Assembly: GCF_032191835.1 (NCBI RefSeq)
Contig: NC_083237.1
Coordinates: 24,738,001-24,802,000, forward strand
Origin: Heteronotia binoei
Lineage: Eukaryota
Length of the DNA stretch: 64,000 nucleotides
Direction: 5' to 3'
Position 1 is the first letter of the stretch; each line of letters opens with the position of its first letter. Under the pieces are notes generated by a model. That model did no database searches. It was not told where the DNA came from and saw only the letters and a program-made list of their open reading frames with translations. Made by a program: the position numbers and the translations under genes. Shown piece after piece: positions 58,697 to 64,000 of the stretch.

Positions 58697-59077
58697 ATGG
58701 GGAACAGTAAGAGCGGGGCCCTGTCCAAGGAGATCCTGGAAGACCTAAAGATGAACACAAAGTATACGGAGGACGAGTTGTGTAAATGGTATGAGAGCTT
58801 CCAAAAGCAGTGCCCCGATGGGCGTATCACCCGGGCTGAGTTTGAGAAGATTTATGCCAACTTCTTCCCCAACTCTGACCCTAAAGTGTACGCCCGGCAC
58901 GTCTTCCGGAGCTTTGACACCAACGATGATGGGACCCTTGATTTCCGGGAGTACATAATTGCCCTCCACCTCACGTCATCTGGAAAGACCGACCTCAAGC
59001 TCGAGTGGGCCTTCTCACTCTTCGACGTTGACCGCAATGGAGAGATCAGTAAGAACGAGGTTCTTGAGATCATCTCG
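58697..59077 (+). CDS. Visinin (recoverin-family neuronal calcium sensor), coding exon 1; remaining exons are not in the window
   Basis: Kozak cctcaccATGG and myristoylation motif MGNSKS. The EF-hand region YARHVFRSFDTNDDGTLDFREYIIALHLTSSGKTDLKLEWAFSLFDVDRNGEISKNEVLEII matches visinin-type residues (DTNDDGTLDFREYIIALHLTSSGKT, SLFDVDRNG). Donor TCG|gtgagt after 127 codons, the conserved recoverin-family exon-1 boundary. Confidence 0.92.
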
Positions 59078-62000
59078 GTGAGTGAATGCATGAGGAAGTG
59101 GGGAGGTGCCACTTTATGCAGGGACCTGGAAGGCACGAGGAACATAGGAAAGATCTGGGCTGTGCGCTTCACCACTGCCGAACTGTCTGGGTTGAATCAA
59201 GGCTTTCTTTTCAGTGCTGGGATTCAAGGGGGACTGTGCCCCCTAATGACATGAAGTCTGTGGCAGGCCTCTTTTTTTAACATTTTCCTATTGAAACAAG
59301 AACACAGAAGCCTCTGGATAATCCATGTTAGATATTTTTATCCCCTGAAACCACTTGGATCATTCGAGGCCCATCTATCCCAGCATCGAGGGTCAATGGT
59401 CCCTTGTACCCAATGTTCTGCCCACCTGCTTTCATAGGCAGGAACTGAATGTCCTCTCCACTTTCAGGCCTTCCCTTCATCTTGTCCAGGCTCACAGGTC
59501 AGGGGTCTCTTTGCCGGTCACCTCTTCAGCAGAAGGCGACAATACACATCCAAACTCTACTAATTAAAGTGAGGGATGGGGGAGTAATGGTTGGGGAATG
59601 TGGTTTTCTCTTGACCCACCTCGAGGTGACAGGATGACAACGGATTAACTTGGCTCGGAGGCTTTGTATTGTACCCAAATGGAATTAGCCTTGCCCAATG
59701 GGGGAAATCCTGTTATGCTCATTTAATGGAATGAGCTGGATTGGCACAGCAGTAAACAAGTCTAAATCCTCTTCTAATTTTATGTCCTTGTCCTCAACTG
59801 TCCCCAACAGGTTCCTTTCTGGGAGCAAAAAAAAAAAGGCAACAAAAAAGTACAAATAAATTCTAGAATTGATTACTTAACTAACAAATCAAATCAGTTC
59901 TGCCCTGTATAAATCTCAACTGGTTTGAAGCATGTCGAACTGTCATGGCCTCCATCTTGTGAACGTGTTGGCATTATTTATTAAGAAATTCATGGGAAGC
60001 ACTGGGTTGCCAACTTCTGGGGGGCCTGGAGACCGCCCCCAGAATTATGATTGGTCTCCAGACCAGATATCAGCTATCCGGGGCAAAATAGCCGCTTTGG
60101 AGGATAGCCTTCTCCCCAAATCCCTCCCTCTCCAGGCTCCATCCCCAAATATCCAGGAATTTCTCAACCTGGAGTTGGCAGCCCTACAATCCAACCAGCA
60201 TGAAGCTAATTTTATTTGGGAGTATAGACAGACCTTGAGAGACCGTTGCTATCAAAATGGGAAGAAATTCCCATTAGTGGTTTGAAACAGTTGAAAAAGT
60301 GATAGCATTGGGTTGGAAGACCACCAAAGTGGGGCCTTACATCTCCATGTGTATGATATCCATAATTCCTTGCTGCTGGCCTTCCGCCCTGATTCTAGCT
60401 TCTAGTCTCCCCTCCCAATGGATTCCCCACAGGCTGTGGAAGAAGGACACAGCAATCCAAGATTAAGGCAGGATTAGGCAAGGTTAAATCCCTGACCTTC
60501 TCAGAACAGCATTTGCCTTGTTTCAACTTGTGGACGTTGGGAGGAATAGCTTCCTCCAACCTTTGATAATGAGAAGCAGAAAAGCATTCTGAGGATAGGA
60601 TTAGAGATGAGGGCAAGGAATGAAGAATGTGCCCATTCTCAATACAAGAGATGAGGAAGACCAGTGGTGTAAAGACAGCAAATGCATCTGGCCTCTCTGG
60701 GAGAAGCCAGGATGTCCTGGTACTCAGGAATACTTTCGCCCTTGAGATTTGAGGCCTACTCATTTCTGACATCTGTGGGGATTCCCACCTGTGCTAGGGT
60801 TGGCAACCTCCTCCAGGTAGTAATTGAAGATCTCCCAGAAGTACAGCTAGTCTCCTGGCAACATAGATCACCTGGAGAAAATGGCTGCCTTGGAAGATGC
60901 ACTCTGTGGCATTGTACTCCTCTGAGATCCCTCCCCTCCCCAAGCCCCACTGTCCCTAAGCTCCACCTACCAAATCTTCAGGGATTTCCCAACCCAGAAC
61001 TGGCAACCCTATACCTGCCAGTATAACTAAAGCCCCATTTACCCCTCAGCCATAGACTTGCCAGTCTCTAGGTGGGGCCTGGAGATCTCAGCTCCCCTGG
61101 AGAAAATGGCTGTCTTGAAGGGTGGACACTATGGCATTGTACTATGCTGAGGCCCCTCCCCTCCCAAATCCCACTCTCTCCCAGCTCCACCCACAAAGTC
61201 TCCAGGTATTTTCCAACACAGACCTGGCAACCCAGGTGTTTGAATGTTAGTTTCTACTTGTAGGATGTGCATTTATTTTGACAGAATGAGTATTTCAGTG
61301 TGTGATCCTCACGTTATGTAGAGTTGGCAACCTCCAGGTGGATCTGGAGATATTGTCCTGGGATTACAACCGATCTCCAGGCAACAGAGTTCAGTTCCCC
61401 TGGAGAAAATGGCAGCTTTGGAAGGTGGACTCTGTGGCATGATACCCCATTAAAGTGCCTCCCCCTCCCAAAACCCCACCCTCCTCAGGCTTCACCCTCA
61501 ACATCTCCAGGTATTTCCAACCTGGAGCTGGCAGCCCTATTACATTTAGCCCGAAGCGGCCTAAAATGTTTCACCTCATTAGAATTCTACCATTTCAGTC
61601 CACTGCATGTGCGGATCAGGGTAGAATTAGAAGGGAGACTGAAGTAACAAATTCTCAGAGACCACAGTATAATTTCTTGCCTTCATATCTTAGCTAGTTC
61701 TCATGAGGTTGCCATTTTTACCCTCTCTAGGTTGTAAAACTACAGGCAGGGCATGTTTTATTTTAAATTTGTGTCCAGTACCTTGCAATTCCAAGGTCTT
61801 TACTGATACCTGATTAAATACTTAGGCAGAGACTTTGAACCTGGCACATGTGTGCTAGCCCTCTGCTTCAGCATCAGAGGCTGTGTTGCTTATCAAGGGA
61901 GTTACATGCTGCCTTTTCAGAAACGGATGAAAATTTCCCTGATATGTTCATTTTCTAGGACGTTTTCCTTTTTGTGGAAGTCTCTACTCAGATTTCCCTG

Positions 62001-64000
62001 CAGCATATCTGGTTGTTGACATGAGATTAATGCCAAATAATGCACATCCAGATCAGGGCTCACTGCATTCCCCCCCGCCCCCCCCCCCCCCATGCACTTT
62101 CCCCTTAGTTTCCTCTACCTTTGTACTCCATTTCTCACATTTACTGGTCACCAGATTGAACTTGGATTTGGTAGTTTCTGGTTCTTAGCCCTTCCTTCAG
62201 GTTTCAAATGGGCTGCCATTTTATTTTTTTTAAGTGTTGTATGGACATTTATTTAATTAAATCTAGACATGTCATTTTTAAAAGAGAGGAATCTATTTTA
62301 AAATGTTTAAAAACTGAGCCAAAGCAGTGGGTTAGTGACTTTACTGATTCTAAGCAATTAGCAATGTGTTCAGCAACTTCTACTGCAAAGATGACGAATT
62401 TGTTTTTCCTGAGTTCAGATTGGAGGGCAGGAAAAGAATGTATATTTGACCAAAATACAGTAGGCACTTCTCCATTGGGTTCATCTCTAAACTTATGAAA
62501 AACTGGATGAACTGGTAGATTGCACTATATTATAATTTAGTTTATCCAAGCTGTGGATACATAATCTGTAGCTTAGTCATTTATGTGAAATATAAGTGTT
62601 TTCCATTAGAAGTTAACTTTGGACAAACTATTCACAGTAACTATTTAATAGACAAAAACCATCATATATCCCCATTCTACTACATTACCAGCACAGAAAA
62701 ATAACCCCCATCTTTCCACCTGGAAATTTCATTCTGCCACTCATGAATATTCTACCACAAAAGGACCTGCATGTCTCTTCTATCTCTGGTCAAGTAACTC
62801 AGTTTAAGGCAGGCTCTATGGCTACAGGTGGTAAAGTCAGATGTGGTGTTTCTTACCTGTTTCAAGAAAACAGCTGACTTGTTCCTAAAAGTTCTTTGAA
62901 GCTGCAAGTGTAGACAGGAGGTGGCGAGTGACCACAGGTGGGAAAATGGCACATTTGCCACACTACTAATAAACAGCAGCCCTACTACATACCTGTAATT
63001 TTGTGGGTCATCCAGTAGGTTTCTCCAACCTGAAGTCTTAAAATGTTGGATAGCCTGTTTACATGACCATCCTATTAACATGCTCCACTAATCTTCTTTC
63101 AGACTCTGAAGGAAAAGCTACATTCTGGGCATACGGGTTGATGTTCGTCCCTTGGAACACTTATGGTTTAACATCCCACAGTTTCACTTCTTGGGGCAAT
63201 CTGGATGATGCAGTTTACTGCCATTAGCCGGTGACGATTTTTTTGGCCTCTGCACCCAGTTTGGGACGGTGGGAATATCAGTGACTGTCTGACCAATGTC
63301 ACAGAGCTGTTGGAGGCTGAATGAAGCAAGAGAATTGAAAACAGTAAATTAAATGAAGGGAACAAGATGCCCAGAGAAGGGCAGATGTCTTATTATGCAT
63401 AATCTATTCCTCCCTCAGTTGATCAAAGGATTGGCATGGCAAATGGCACAGAAGGAGAGAAAGACAAGGGAGACTAGCAATAAGGTGCAGCAAGGGACAT
63501 TTCTGGGAACAGTTTCCAGCAGGTTTAACAGGTGAAATAAACCATGGCCTCTGATGCTTATAACTAGCTGATATCCATCTCCTGAGGTGAAATGTTTTCT
63601 GTAAAACGAGGCCTAGAAACATTCCCTTTTAAAGAATGGGCGGATGTGTTTCTCACACATTCCCAGTCCCACAGTGAATTAACTTTATATCCTTTTTAAG
63701 TCCTTAAGGCAGCTCAGCTACAATAACAAGGATTCCTGTAAATCCTTTAAGATACAAAATAATTTATAACCATATTCATTTCCACAGACCTACGATACAA
63801 GTTCTTAGTATGCCCATTTTACAGATGGGAGGGGAGGCTGAATGTTGAATCAGCAACTGAAGAATAGGAAGTGTTATTTATACATAAAAACTGGTTCTGT
63901 AAAACGTTAACTCCAAATGGAAGGGGAGAAAGGATGGCCCTGGTGGCGCTTGCAGCTGCTGCTTCAGGGTACCCAGTTTGTACAAAAAGGGAGGATGGGA

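Noticed and set aside
59078-64000. Visinin ORF continuation to 59254, and visinin exon 2
   Set aside because: Similarity ends at the gtgagt donor after 59077, so the rest is intron read-through. The expected AIFKMI... exon was not found before the window end.

Overview
This is vertebrate genomic DNA from a squamate reptile, probably a gecko (inferred from the Sauria-SINE, L2, CR1 and hAT-MITE repertoire and the presence of visinin). Four host genes can be read from the sequence. (1) The first three coding exons of a GSG1/GSG1L-family (claudin-like) gene on the minus strand, 10889->5613; the rest lies left of the window. (2) A complete RPL28 gene on the plus strand: 137 aa, 5 exons, TATA + TOP promoter in a CpG island. 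(3) A single-coding-exon TMEM100/PIRT-family gene on the minus strand, 38616->38263. (4) Exon 1 of visinin, the recoverin paralog, on the plus strand, 58697-59077. Between the GSG1L-like gene and RPL28 lies an unrecognised minus-strand locus that appears to share the RPL28 promoter. It has a signal-peptide + leucine-zipper ORF (21859->21535) and a series of small exon cassettes. One cassette has a perfect 47-bp inverted copy 1.6 kb away that covers its splice donor. Two nearly intact L2 LINEs sit head-to-head at 47-54 kb. The rest is dense with MITEs, SINEs and LINE fragments, several nested with clear target-site duplications. No rRNA, tRNA or CRISPR features are supported. The most novel candidates are the unrecognised secreted coiled-coil gene with its inverted exon copy, and a cluster of likely ohnologs (GSG1L-like, TMEM100/PIRT-like, visinin) that mammals appear to lack at this locus. 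All family assignments come from recalled motifs, not database searches.
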